Assembly: GCA_043800975.1 (NCBI GenBank)
Contig: JAZDMK010000325.1
Coordinates: 4,001-68,000 of the forward strand
Direction of reading: 5' to 3'
Origin: Bacteroidota bacterium
Lineage (GTDB): Bacteria > Bacteroidota > Bacteroidia > Bacteroidales > JAHJDW01
DNA length: 64,000 bases
Shown here one piece after another: positions 31,997 to 40,806 of the stretch. Position numbers and translations under genes: made by a program. The notes beneath the pieces are model-generated. The model ran no database searches. It saw nothing but the letters and a program-made list of their open reading frames with translations, and was not told the origin of the DNA. Position 1 is the stretch's first letter. Every line of letters begins with the position of its first letter.

Positions 31997-32374
31997 ATGG
32001 AAACAGCACTTATTGCTTCATTATCCTCATTATTTGGGGTTATCGTTGGTGGATTAATTTCATTCTTTTTACAGAAACAGAAACTAAATCATGAATTTCG
32101 GCTTAAGCTACAAGAAAACAAAACAGAAAACATGGCGGAAGCTACAGCGAAGTATTACTTAAAAGATGAAGGGTTTTACGAAAGATCATTTGATCATATC
32201 AAGAGAAAACTAGGAGGTTTTGATGACACTGAAATACGAAGAATTCTTGTAAGAGCAGGAGCTGTGAGATTCATCCGAAAAGAGGATGGCGTTGAATTTT
32301 GGTGTCTTGTGGAACGTTTGCATGAAAAATACAAAAGGGATAAAGAGAAAAATGAAAAGAAAAAACATTCCTAA
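31997..32374 (+). CDS. Hypothetical N-terminally membrane-anchored protein (125 aa)
   Basis: Starts 10 nt after the previous stop. TM segment ALIASLSSLFGVIVGGLISFFL, then a charged soluble domain. Confidence 0.5.
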   Translation: METALIASLSSLFGVIVGGLISFFLQKQKLNHEFRLKLQENKTENMAEATAKYYLKDEGFYERSFDHIKRKLGGFDDTEIRRILVRAGAVRFIRKEDGVEFWCLVERLHEKYKRDKEKNEKKKHS

Positions 32375-32399
32375 TGGGAGTGTTCATAGGCTTTAGGTT

Positions 32400-33929
32400 T
32401 TATTTCTTCCCTGTCTGATACTCGCCCCACCATTTAAAGAAATATTCTTTTGATCCATGATGGTTGGATGAAAAATATTCATTCTGCTGCCAAATTGAGC
32501 CATTTGTTATTTTATGAAGAGCATTAAGGCATTCATATACAACTCCAACCTTAACTCCTTGTATGTCATTTTCCCAATTTTCCTTTTTTAAAATCTCAAT
32601 TAATTGCGGTATGTATTCTTCAAATTTGTATTCTCCAATAGTATACACGGCAGCACAACGAATAGCATTATTATCGCTGTTCAAAGCTTTTTTTATGGTT
32701 TGATCACTGCTTATACTGGCAATGGTTAAAAACAATTTTGGCACAATCCCTTCAATAATTGTTGATTCCAAAGGAGCATCATCAGGATCCTGATAACTGT
32801 CACCATGCTCCAGAAAAGTAGCACCCCAGCGCCTAGATGAAACAATGCTGTGTTTAAATGTTGTTTTATATACAACTGTATCTTGAATAAATAATGCAAT
32901 GGTACCATTTACAGAAGCTGAGCAATACAGGTTTTTTTTTGTATAACCATCATCCTTCTCAGCAGTGCAGGTGTATTTAACTTTTAAAATCATGGGCTCA
33001 GTATCTTTACTAAAATCATTTATTCCCGCTAACGAAAGAATCTTTTTTGTATAGTTGCTGACAACGGTTCTTGGCTGCAATTTATCTGTGTTCGGAAATA
33101 AGCCTTCTATTTCGACTTTAATTCCATTTTTCTCCTTAAACAAAATCTTGGCGACATACAACATACCTGCCTCGTATTCGTTTCTTATAAACAAATCCAA
33201 TGCGGCCCAATATTGTTTGTTTTTAAAAAAGACATTCCCGATTTTGATTTCTCCCGGACGATACTTTAACTTTTTATATATCTCCAGTGCTTTCTCAATG
33301 TTTTTATCATCAAAATAGGCATCTCCAATTGCAATGATTTTTGTTTTGCAATCAAAATAGTAAGTATTATAGATTTCATAAGCCTTCTCATAGTCTTTGT
33401 TTAAAAAGTAACCATCTGCAACTTCAATAATTTTCTTTTTTAAATTAAACTTTTTATAGATTGTCATTGCTTTTTCAAAGTTCTTATCTGCTAGATATTG
33501 ATCGGCAACTTTTATCATTCCATCCTTATAATCATATTTGCTAAAACACTCGTAAGCTTTGTCATAATTTTTATTTGTAAAATAGGCATCTCCCGCTTTA
33601 ATAACTCCTTTTTCATACTTGTAAACGTCATAGGCTGAATATGCTTTATCAATATCATTGTTTCTCAAATATGCTTCTGCAACTTTATAAACACCATCCT
33701 TAAAAGTTGCTTTGGTATAATACTTCAAAGCATTTTCAAAATTGTTTTGATTAAAACATTCGTCGCCTAGTGCTAAATAACATTTCGTATTGTCGCCGGG
33801 CTTTTGTTTTTCACAATATTTTTCAGCTTTATCAAATTTTTTCTTTTCAACCCATTTCGCATAATTTTGAGCGGATATGCCGGAAAGAAATAAAAATGAA
33901 ACGGCAACGGTAATTAATATTCTCATCAT
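32400..33929 (-). CDS. Secreted repeat protein (degenerate TPR/Sel1-like ~23-aa repeats, HEAT-like C-terminal part)
   Basis: Signal peptide MMRILITVAVSFLFLSGISAQ. Recurrent xKAxExYxKxxYKDGxIKVAD repeats. Confidence 0.6.
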   Translation of the reverse strand: MMRILITVAVSFLFLSGISAQNYAKWVEKKKFDKAEKYCEKQKPGDNTKCYLALGDECFNQNNFENALKYYTKATFKDGVYKVAEAYLRNNDIDKAYSAYDVYKYEKGVIKAGDAYFTNKNYDKAYECFSKYDYKDGMIKVADQYLADKNFEKAMTIYKKFNLKKKIIEVADGYFLNKDYEKAYEIYNTYYFDCKTKIIAIGDAYFDDKNIEKALEIYKKLKYRPGEIKIGNVFFKNKQYWAALDLFIRNEYEAGMLYVAKILFKEKNGIKVEIEGLFPNTDKLQPRTVVSNYTKKILSLAGINDFSKDTEPMILKVKYTCTAEKDDGYTKKNLYCSASVNGTIALFIQDTVVYKTTFKHSIVSSRRWGATFLEHGDSYQDPDDAPLESTIIEGIVPKLFLTIASISSDQTIKKALNSDNNAIRCAAVYTIGEYKFEEYIPQLIEILKKENWENDIQGVKVGVVYECLNALHKITNGSIWQQNEYFSSNHHGSKEYFFKWWGEYQTGKK

Positions 33930-34118
33930 TGAAATTTTTAATTTGAAATGCCAGAAATTATAGCAACATTAATTAAAAAATTAATACTAAAGTGCTTCAA
34001 ATTGATATTTCTTTGTCTCCTCACAAACCTTTCCATTAAAAACTAATTTATACTACCAACCTTTCACCAACCATCCGCCGTGGCGGACACCCCAAACGCA
34101 ACATGTCCGTTGGAGTTA

Positions 34119-34385
34119 AAACAATCGCTGCACAGCAGCTACAATTTGAAATGCGGCATTAAAGAATGCGAGTATTGAAAACAAAGTGCAATTTTTGTGG
34201 AAGCCACGAGCTAAGAAAAAGGTGTTTGACGAACGCAGTGAGGAGTTCTTTTTCGGGGAAAATTGCACTGTAGTTTTCGCGAGCAGGCTTTACGCCGCTA
34301 GACCTTCTTTGCCTGCTTTCTTTGGGCAATGCAAAGAAAGCGGGTCGCGTCGTTGGAGCGACGCGAAACAAGGCCTGTGCGCTGG
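34119..34385 (+). ncRNA. Copy B of the two-copy structured element
   Basis: Has the conserved blocks AAACAATCGCTGC..AGCAGCTACA, GCATTAAAG, CTAAGAAAAAGGTGT, GAGTTCTTTTTCGGGG, GTAGTTTTCGCGA, AGGCTTTACGC and GGCCTGTGCGC. Its helices covary with copy A. Confidence 0.4.
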
Positions 34386-35119
34386 CAAAAGTAAAATGCA
34401 AATAGAAAAAAATTATTAATTATTAAAAAATACACCACCTTTAGTAAGCCACGAAATCCCAAATGAAACCAAGGCAATAGTCTCTGTCCAGAAATAAGCT
34501 GCGAATTTTCGTCTCTACCGAGTCTCATAAAAATCACAATGTGAACCAGACATACCACCATAATACAACCGCAAACAACATATATCCGGTTTCGTTTACG
34601 ACGTGTGGGGTTGAACAAGGAGCAAGGAACAAGGATTTGCGATTTAAGAAGTGAAAAGAGATGAAGACGGGTATGGGAATGACGGATGGATTTACGGGAA
34701 GAGCGGGGAAATAAAAAAAGCGAAAAACACGCAAGGCACACAAAAAAAACACCGGCACAAATGAGGTGAATGCTGCCTGTTGCATTGTCTTCACCGGTGC
34801 CGTGGGTGGTGGGAAAAAAGGCGAGCCCCAGCGCGGCCAGGCCCGCTATGTTGGCCAGCCAGTCGTCGATACGCGAAGGGCCGCTGTAGAAAAACAGAAA
34901 AAAAGCCACCGCACAAATGGCCCCCACAAACACATTGCCCATGCAGGTATAATAATAATGGCTGACCGAGGGCTGTATGCTTTCGCCGCACAGGATCCAG
35001 GTTCCCGCCATCAGCACAAAAGGCAGCAGTATACCGATCCATCCCACCGCGCGCCGTATGGCCCGGTAGGAGAAGCGTTCGCGTCGTCCGCCGCGGCGGA
35101 GATGGTTGAGTGCTGTCAT
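34298..35119 (-). CDS. Multi-pass membrane protein, family uncertain; 3' boundary doubtful
   Basis: Hydrophobic segments GWIGILLPFVLMAGTWIL, SVSHYYYTCMGNVFVGAICAVAFFLFFY, LAALGLAFFP, IHLICAGVFFVCLACFSLFLF. The C-terminal ~40 codons run into structured element copy B, so the true stop may differ. Confidence 0.5.
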   Translation of the reverse strand: MTALNHLRRGGRRERFSYRAIRRAVGWIGILLPFVLMAGTWILCGESIQPSVSHYYYTCMGNVFVGAICAVAFFLFFYSGPSRIDDWLANIAGLAALGLAFFPTTHGTGEDNATGSIHLICAGVFFVCLACFSLFLFPRSSRKSIRHSHTRLHLFSLLKSQILVPCSLFNPTRRKRNRIYVVCGCIMVVCLVHIVIFMRLGRDENSQLISGQRLLPWFHLGFRGLLKVVYFLIINNFFLFAFYFCQRTGLVSRRSNDATRFLCIAQRKQAKKV

Positions 35120-35337
35120 GGGTGAATTCTTTTTTGTTGTGCTTGTTCATTTACATAAAATTATTTTTGCACTTTGTGATGCAGGATATGGAAGGGTCGG
35201 GAGACCGGAGACCGAAGACGGAAATGGAAGAGACCGAAGACAGAAGTCTGTAGTGCGAAGAAATGTCTTTGAAGATTTGGGATGAGTGAAGAAGTTAGTG
35301 GCTTTGCTGACTTGTGCAGTTTGTTGAGCAGAATGGA

Positions 35338-35715
35338 GATCTTGATGATCACTACAGTGATTTTCAAAGCCCGTGTATTGATCTTGATGATAACTACAAT
35401 GATCTTCAAAGCCCGTGTATTGATTTTGATGATCACTACTTTGATCTTCAAAACCCGTGTATTGATTTTGATGATCACTATAATGATTTTCAAAACCCGT
35501 GTATTGATTTTGATGAACACTACATTGATCTTCAAAGCCTGTGTATTGATTTTGATGAACACTACATTGATCTTCAAAACCCGTGTATTGATTTTGATAA
35601 TCACTACAATGATCTTCAAAGCCCGTGTATTGATTTTGATGAACACTACATTGATCTTCAAAGCCCGTGTGTGGATTTTGATGATCCCCGAATTGATCAA
35701 CAGGTACTGTGTATG
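35338..35715. repeat. Tandem repeat, 9 units of 42 bp (last unit degenerate)
   Basis: Unit GATYTTGATGAWCACTACNNTGATYTTCAAARCCCGTGTATT. Open in at least four of six frames (track ORFs 35147..35731 -, 35161..35700 -, 35282..35851 +, 35314..35733 +). Coding status is unresolved. Confidence 0.9.
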
Positions 35716-35805
35716 GAATTTGTTGAAACATAAACGTGCTCCAATAAAAAAGGCAATGCCCCGGGTGGAGCTTTGCCTTTATTGCAGTGAATTTACGAAA
35801 CCGGA

Positions 35806-36492
35806 CTACAAAATGATTGCAGATATAAAATCAATCCATTCGGGAACATAGGTTTCCGAATCAGCTACCGGTTTTCTGCCCTGAGGCATCGTTACAGCAG
35901 TAGCAAAATAAACGGTAGTGGCGTGAGGCAGGCCGGTGATGGTGATGTTGGATACGATAGTTGGCGGAATAATTTTACAACTGTTTTCATCGGTCGGCGT
36001 TGTGGTCCAGCGCCAGTGATAAATAACACCGGTTTTCACGGCCTTGGTACGAATTTGCGCCATACCTTCAGCAATTTTAATTACTTCAAAACTGCGCTGG
36101 TGCGGTGTGAATTCTTTTTTCACCTGAAAACCGGCACTTGTCACAATTTGCACAGCCAGCGGAAGATCGCCGTTTGCTTTTTTGTTGGCCACGCCTTCTA
36201 CAAAATATGCCGTATCGCTGATCGTATTCATGATCAGGGTAGCCTGCTCCTGCTCAAGGCTGGTGAGGGTTGCCGAACGGTTGGTTTTGCGTGAGGTGTG
36301 CGTATTTTCAAGGTTGGTGGCTTGTGTACCCATGTCAACCAGTGAAACGGGAAGTTTGGCTAATTCAGCCACAGTGAAGTAAGTGTTGCCATTAAAGGCT
36401 TTGATGATGGCCCGAAGAAACGAAACCAGTTCGGTGCTGGTGAGCTGATGCAGATTGAGTGCAATCACGACTCGTTTAATACTTTTTTTCAT
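35806..36492 (-). CDS. Hypothetical protein
   Basis: 228-aa ORF with no signal peptide. The C-terminal part looks like a beta-sandwich (ITITGLPHATTVYFATAV). Confidence 0.5.
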   Translation of the reverse strand: MKKSIKRVVIALNLHQLTSTELVSFLRAIIKAFNGNTYFTVAELAKLPVSLVDMGTQATNLENTHTSRKTNRSATLTSLEQEQATLIMNTISDTAYFVEGVANKKANGDLPLAVQIVTSAGFQVKKEFTPHQRSFEVIKIAEGMAQIRTKAVKTGVIYHWRWTTTPTDENSCKIIPPTIVSNITITGLPHATTVYFATAVTMPQGRKPVADSETYVPEWIDFISAIIL

Positions 36493-36697
36493 TTTTGTTA
36501 AATTTTAATGTTAGATAATTAAGGTTAATAAAATTTGTAATACAAAGATGGCACAGCAGGAAAGGGGTTTGTTTCTGTTTTTAAGAGAAAAATTTACGTT
36601 TTTTACAGGTTTATCCTTTTAGTTGCAAATTCTTCTGCTTATTGCTGCCCTAAGGATAGCTGAATCCGGAAAATGGATCTGTGCAGATGTATTTTTT

Positions 36698-37264
36698 TTA
36701 CAGGTTTTCTATCCCGTCGCGTTTTTGTTCACTGCACATTTTATACTGCGAGGGTGTCACTCCTGTATATTCTTTGAATATTCCTGAGAAGTATGCAACG
36801 GTGCAATATTGAAGTTTAACTGCAATTTCTGAGAAATTTAATTCGCCGTATCCGATCAGCTCTTTGGCCCGTTCAATCTTCACTTTATTAATAAACTCAC
36901 GAATGGTGCAGCCGGTTTCTTCAACAAAGACATTGCTCAGATAATTATAATTGGCGCGGCATTTCGCACTCAGATAGACCGAAAATTTAATCGGCGGAAT
37001 TTCTTCGGAATAGAAAAACTGAATGATTTCACTTTTGATTCGTTCCACCGTGATCAGCTTCCTTCGCTTGAGAAGGGCGAGTTTGCATGCATCGAAACAT
37101 TGCTGCAGTTCGCGTTCCTGCGCGGGAGTGATGTCAATCAACAGATCGACAAATCCCATCTGCACCGCCTGATGCGGGATTCCCAGCCTGTTCAATTCTT
37201 CATCCACTTTGAGAATGCAGCGCTGGCTGACCATATTTTTGATGATGAGCCTCATGGGAAGCAA
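36698..37264 (-). CDS. AraC-family transcriptional regulator
   Basis: C-terminal HTH_18-like region LSNVFVEETGCTIREFINKVKIERAKELI...IAVKLQYCTVAYFSGIFKEYTGVTPSQY. Confidence 0.8.
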   Translation of the reverse strand: MLPMRLIIKNMVSQRCILKVDEELNRLGIPHQAVQMGFVDLLIDITPAQERELQQCFDACKLALLKRRKLITVERIKSEIIQFFYSEEIPPIKFSVYLSAKCRANYNYLSNVFVEETGCTIREFINKVKIERAKELIGYGELNFSEIAVKLQYCTVAYFSGIFKEYTGVTPSQYKMCSEQKRDGIENL

Positions 37265-37559
37265 AGCTGCTTAATTTATACAACGGAAAGAGGCGGGAAA
37301 TATTGTATAGGAAAAATATTAAGATTTTTGATTTTTTTACTTGGCGCATTTCATTTGAGTTCGGATTTTTTACTGTACCCATTTTAGTTTCCTACAAGTA
37401 GGGAAAAGATTAATGTGAACTCAAATGAAGCATCCGTAATTCTGAAATAGGTTGTCAAATAAAAATTTTAAATTTAGTTGAGAGTCTACTGAATGCGAAA
37501 AGCCACCTCTGCCAATGTCCGCCGCCACTCTTTTCTCGTTCTTCCCTATTCGTTTTAGC

Positions 37560-37597
37560 AAAAAAAATCCCCGCAACTCTTCAGGAACTGCAGGGAT
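37560..37597 (-). terminator. Rho-independent terminator for the PepSY-like gene
   Basis: On the minus strand: ATCCCTGCA-N13-TGCGGGGAT (9 bp with one G-U) followed by 8 T. Confidence 0.7.
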
Positions 37598-37625
37598 TTT
37601 ATATTTTTATTCCTTATAAAAACGT

Positions 37626-38474
37626 TCAATCTTTATCTTCTTTTTTCCCCTTTACGCATTTTTCTGCATCTGGTTTTTCTTCCGATTTCTTTACAAAAAC
37701 ACCTTTCGCATCAAACAGATAATCCGTATCGTTTACTTCCACTTCATAAGTTACAACTCCCTTGGCATCGGTAATTTTAGCAGCTTCTTTAATAACAGCA
37801 TCCTTAACATTTTTTGCAAAATAATCGCTGATGGCTTTGGGTAATTCTTTCACATCCATTTCGGTTTCTGTTGCGAGCAAAATTCCTTTTGCATCAAAAT
37901 TGGCCGACATTTCTTTTTCCTTCATTTCGAATTCTGCTTCATAAGCATCATCCTCTTTACCCCACTGTACTTCTTTTATACCCGGGAACTTCTTTTCAAA
38001 GGCAGCTTTCACTACTTCAGGAACTTCTACTTTTTCATCGTTTTTGCATTCGCCACCCATGAATTTTCCATTGGCATCAAATTCAAAATCCTTTGAAATT
38101 TCAATTTCAAACGTAATTTTTCCTACTGCATCGGTTATTTTTACAATCTCTTCCAGTTCTTTTCCTGCAAGGTGCATCTTAACAAAATTCTGCATTTCCG
38201 CAGGAGCTTCTTTTAATTCAATTTCGATTTCGCTTTCAATAAATTTTCCGGCAGCATCAAATTCGGCATTCATTTCTTTTCCGTTTACTGTGAATTCTGC
38301 TTCCCAGCTCAGGCTGTCCTGATCCCATTCAGCATCTTTCACATCCGGGAATTGTTTTTCAAATGCGGTTTGAACGGCATCGGGCGGTGTGGGGCCTTCT
38401 GCTTTTTTATCTTTGCTTCCGCATGAAAACAGCAGGGGAAGCAATGCAATCAGTAAAATGGATAGTTTTTTCAT
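37626..38474 (-). CDS. PepSY-like (DUF2874-type) lipoprotein, two tandem modules
   Basis: Lipobox LLFSCGS. Repeated V(Q/K)xAFEKxFP..K..EW...D..YEAEF pattern. Confidence 0.7.
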   Translation of the reverse strand: MKKLSILLIALLPLLFSCGSKDKKAEGPTPPDAVQTAFEKQFPDVKDAEWDQDSLSWEAEFTVNGKEMNAEFDAAGKFIESEIEIELKEAPAEMQNFVKMHLAGKELEEIVKITDAVGKITFEIEISKDFEFDANGKFMGGECKNDEKVEVPEVVKAAFEKKFPGIKEVQWGKEDDAYEAEFEMKEKEMSANFDAKGILLATETEMDVKELPKAISDYFAKNVKDAVIKEAAKITDAKGVVTYEVEVNDTDYLFDAKGVFVKKSEEKPDAEKCVKGKKEDKD

Positions 38475-38533
38475 GGTTTTAATTTTTTAGATAAGCAATA
38501 TTAGATATTAATTCTGTAGAAATTCTGTTGTGA

Positions 38534-39793
38534 TCATGAAACTACAATCATGATCGTATGAAATGAATTTTCGTATGTGTAAGAAACTTTAAAATGATAA
38601 ATTTCGCAGATTTCTTTAACAATACATAGACCCAGACCTGTTGTTGCAGAAGAAGGATCATCTTTCTGAAAACGCTGAAACAAATTTTCGGCATTACTCT
38701 GAAGAGGCTTTCCTGTATTTGAAAAAACAATTTTGTTTTCCATTAACGAAATATTGATTTTCCCACCTTTAACATTATGGCGCAAAGCATTCGAAAGTAG
38801 GTTGCTGACAAGTATTTCTGCAAGCTGTGAATTTATAGAAACGATACAGTTTTTAGAACCTTCAGTAATAATGGAAATGTTTTTCTCAGCAATCAGTTCT
38901 TCCCAATCAGAAAGTTTTTCCTTAATTATTTTTAACAAATCAATTTTTTCGGTTACTTCATACTGATGATTTTCAATTTTTGCAATCAGCAGCAAACCTC
39001 TCACAAGTCGTGAAAGCCGCTTGAGTGATTCGGATATTCCACCAACGATATCTGCTTCTTCTCCACTCAGTTCTTTTCGCTGAAGCAGCATTTCAATCTT
39101 TGTCTGCATAATTGCAATCGGTGTCTGCATTTCGTGCGAGGCATTCTCAGTAAACGAACGCAGGTTTTTATAATCCGTTTGCATCTTGCGAAGCATTATG
39201 CCCAACGCTGTATTCAGTTCTTTGAATTCGCTGATGCGCGTTGCATCAAATTTTACTGTATCTGCATCAGAAATGCGAAACGACTGTAATTGTTTTAATG
39301 TTTTATGAAAGGGTTTTAAGGCTTTTCGCGCAATGATTGTATTCACAATAATCGTGAGAATAATAAGAAGTATAAAAATTTCAACAACTACCTGAATGAT
39401 ACTTTCAGTAAGGTCTTCTGATTCCAGCGAAGGCCGGAGAATGGTTATGCACAGATTCTTTCCGCTTGCCGAAGTTGTATTAAATTTAATTCCTTTATAA
39501 GGAGCCATTTCATATTCTTCGCTGCTATAAAGTGAAATGTCGAAAAAACATTCTTCTTGTTTTCCATTTACAGAATCCACGCTGATCGTGCCACCCAGCA
39601 AAAAAGTATTGTCTGGTATCTTACCCTGCTGCTTGATGATGTCAAGCAAATGAATTTTGTCAGATTCTAGTTTTTCTTCAAAATCTTCGGCTACTACAGA
39701 TTCCAGTTCTATATTCAGCCAGAATATTCCACCAGCCAGTACAAGCATTGCAAGCAGTAGATTCTGAAGTGTAATTCTGGTAAATAATTTCAT
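38534..39793 (-). CDS. Sensor histidine kinase (HisKA/HATPase_c)
   Basis: Two TM segments. H-box FTENASHEMQTPIAI, N-box LLSNALRHN, G-box TGLGLCIV. Confidence 0.85.
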   Translation of the reverse strand: MKLFTRITLQNLLLAMLVLAGGIFWLNIELESVVAEDFEEKLESDKIHLLDIIKQQGKIPDNTFLLGGTISVDSVNGKQEECFFDISLYSSEEYEMAPYKGIKFNTTSASGKNLCITILRPSLESEDLTESIIQVVVEIFILLIILTIIVNTIIARKALKPFHKTLKQLQSFRISDADTVKFDATRISEFKELNTALGIMLRKMQTDYKNLRSFTENASHEMQTPIAIMQTKIEMLLQRKELSGEEADIVGGISESLKRLSRLVRGLLLIAKIENHQYEVTEKIDLLKIIKEKLSDWEELIAEKNISIITEGSKNCIVSINSQLAEILVSNLLSNALRHNVKGGKINISLMENKIVFSNTGKPLQSNAENLFQRFQKDDPSSATTGLGLCIVKEICEIYHFKVSYTYENSFHTIMIVVS

Positions 39794-40467
39794 GCTACAC
39801 TGAATTTATATCCTATTCCGTATACAGATTGAATGTAATCAGTGCTGCTTTTGTCAGCAATTTTTTTACGAAGATTTTTAATATGCGAATAAATAAAATC
39901 AAATGTGTCCGCACTATCCGCACTTTCTCCCCATAAATGTTCCGCAATCGATTCGCGCGTTACCACTTTGTCGGTATTTGTAATAAGATAAATGAGTAAT
40001 TCAAACTCTTTGCGGGTAAGTAGTATTTCTTTTTTATTTACAAAAACTGTTATCTCTGCAGGGCAGATTTCAATTTCACCAATAATAATTTTATTCTCAC
40101 CACCATGTTGCTTTCTTCTGACCAGAGCGTTAATTCTGGCATTCAGCTCCGACAGATGAAAAGGTTTCGTCAGATAATCATCAGCGCCCAGATTCAAACC
40201 ACTAATTTTATCATCCAGCGAATTCTTTGCAGAAATGATAATGAGTGCAGCGTCGGGTTTGTTCTGCTTGAGCAACTTCAGCAGATCGAGGCCACTACCA
40301 CCGGGAAGTGTTATATCGAGAAGAATACAATCATAATCATACAGGCTGATTTTCTCTTCCGCCTGAAAATAATCATTGGCGGTTTCACACAAATGTCCTG
40401 CTTGCTGCAGATAATCCCTGACAGCATTACAAAGTTCAAGTTCGTCTTCAACCACTAAAAGCTTCAT
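39790..40467 (-). CDS. OmpR-family response regulator
   Basis: Receiver domain (MKLLVVEDE, ILLDITLPG, KPF) plus a winged-helix output domain (LTRKEFELLIYL...GIGYKF). 4-nt overlap with the kinase gene. Confidence 0.9.
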   Translation of the reverse strand: MKLLVVEDELELCNAVRDYLQQAGHLCETANDYFQAEEKISLYDYDCILLDITLPGGSGLDLLKLLKQNKPDAALIIISAKNSLDDKISGLNLGADDYLTKPFHLSELNARINALVRRKQHGGENKIIIGEIEICPAEITVFVNKKEILLTRKEFELLIYLITNTDKVVTRESIAEHLWGESADSADTFDFIYSHIKNLRKKIADKSSTDYIQSVYGIGYKFSVA

Positions 40468-40694
40468 GATGCGCTAAGGTAATTATTAATTCTGAAGAAA
40501 ATCTGTAGCCTTTAAATTCTAATCGAAATGTAAAATCGTGTTTCGCTATTCCCTACAATACCACTACCACTGTCACTACCACTTTTTCTGTTCTTCTGTG
40601 TCTCTCGAATCGAGCGAATAGCGAGTCCAACGCTTTTTTGTTTACGCCAATCCCCGATGTTCCGAATGGGCGCGGGGTTTGTGGGTTACAAATG

Positions 40695-40728
40695 TTTGTC
40701 CGTTTCCTCTTCGATTTTGTCCGTTTCA
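40695..40728 (+). promoter_or_regulatory. Two direct TTTGTCCGTTTC repeats 21 bp apart (LytTR-box-like)
   Basis: Repeats at 40695-40706 and 40716-40727, 80 nt before the ATG of the LytS/LytTR operon. Confidence 0.55.
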
Positions 40729-40806
40729 GTGTTGTTAAATGCCTTTTCAAAACTAAAAAAGAGGTACATTGAAAACAAAGAAGTAAATTTGTTAAAATTC
40801 TAAAAA

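Noticed and set aside
34766-35150. Long ORFs 34766..35125 (+), 34780..34965 (+) and 34791..35150 (-).
   Set aside because: They lie in a G+C-rich stretch where stop codons are rare. Their Arg/Gly/Pro-rich translations look like out-of-frame readings of the membrane-protein gene, whose frame gives clean TM helices.
35338-35715. Considered whether the regular 42-bp repeats are a CRISPR array.
   Set aside because: The units are directly contiguous with no unique spacers, no cas genes are nearby, and the unit has no CRISPR-like palindromic core. It is a plain tandem repeat.
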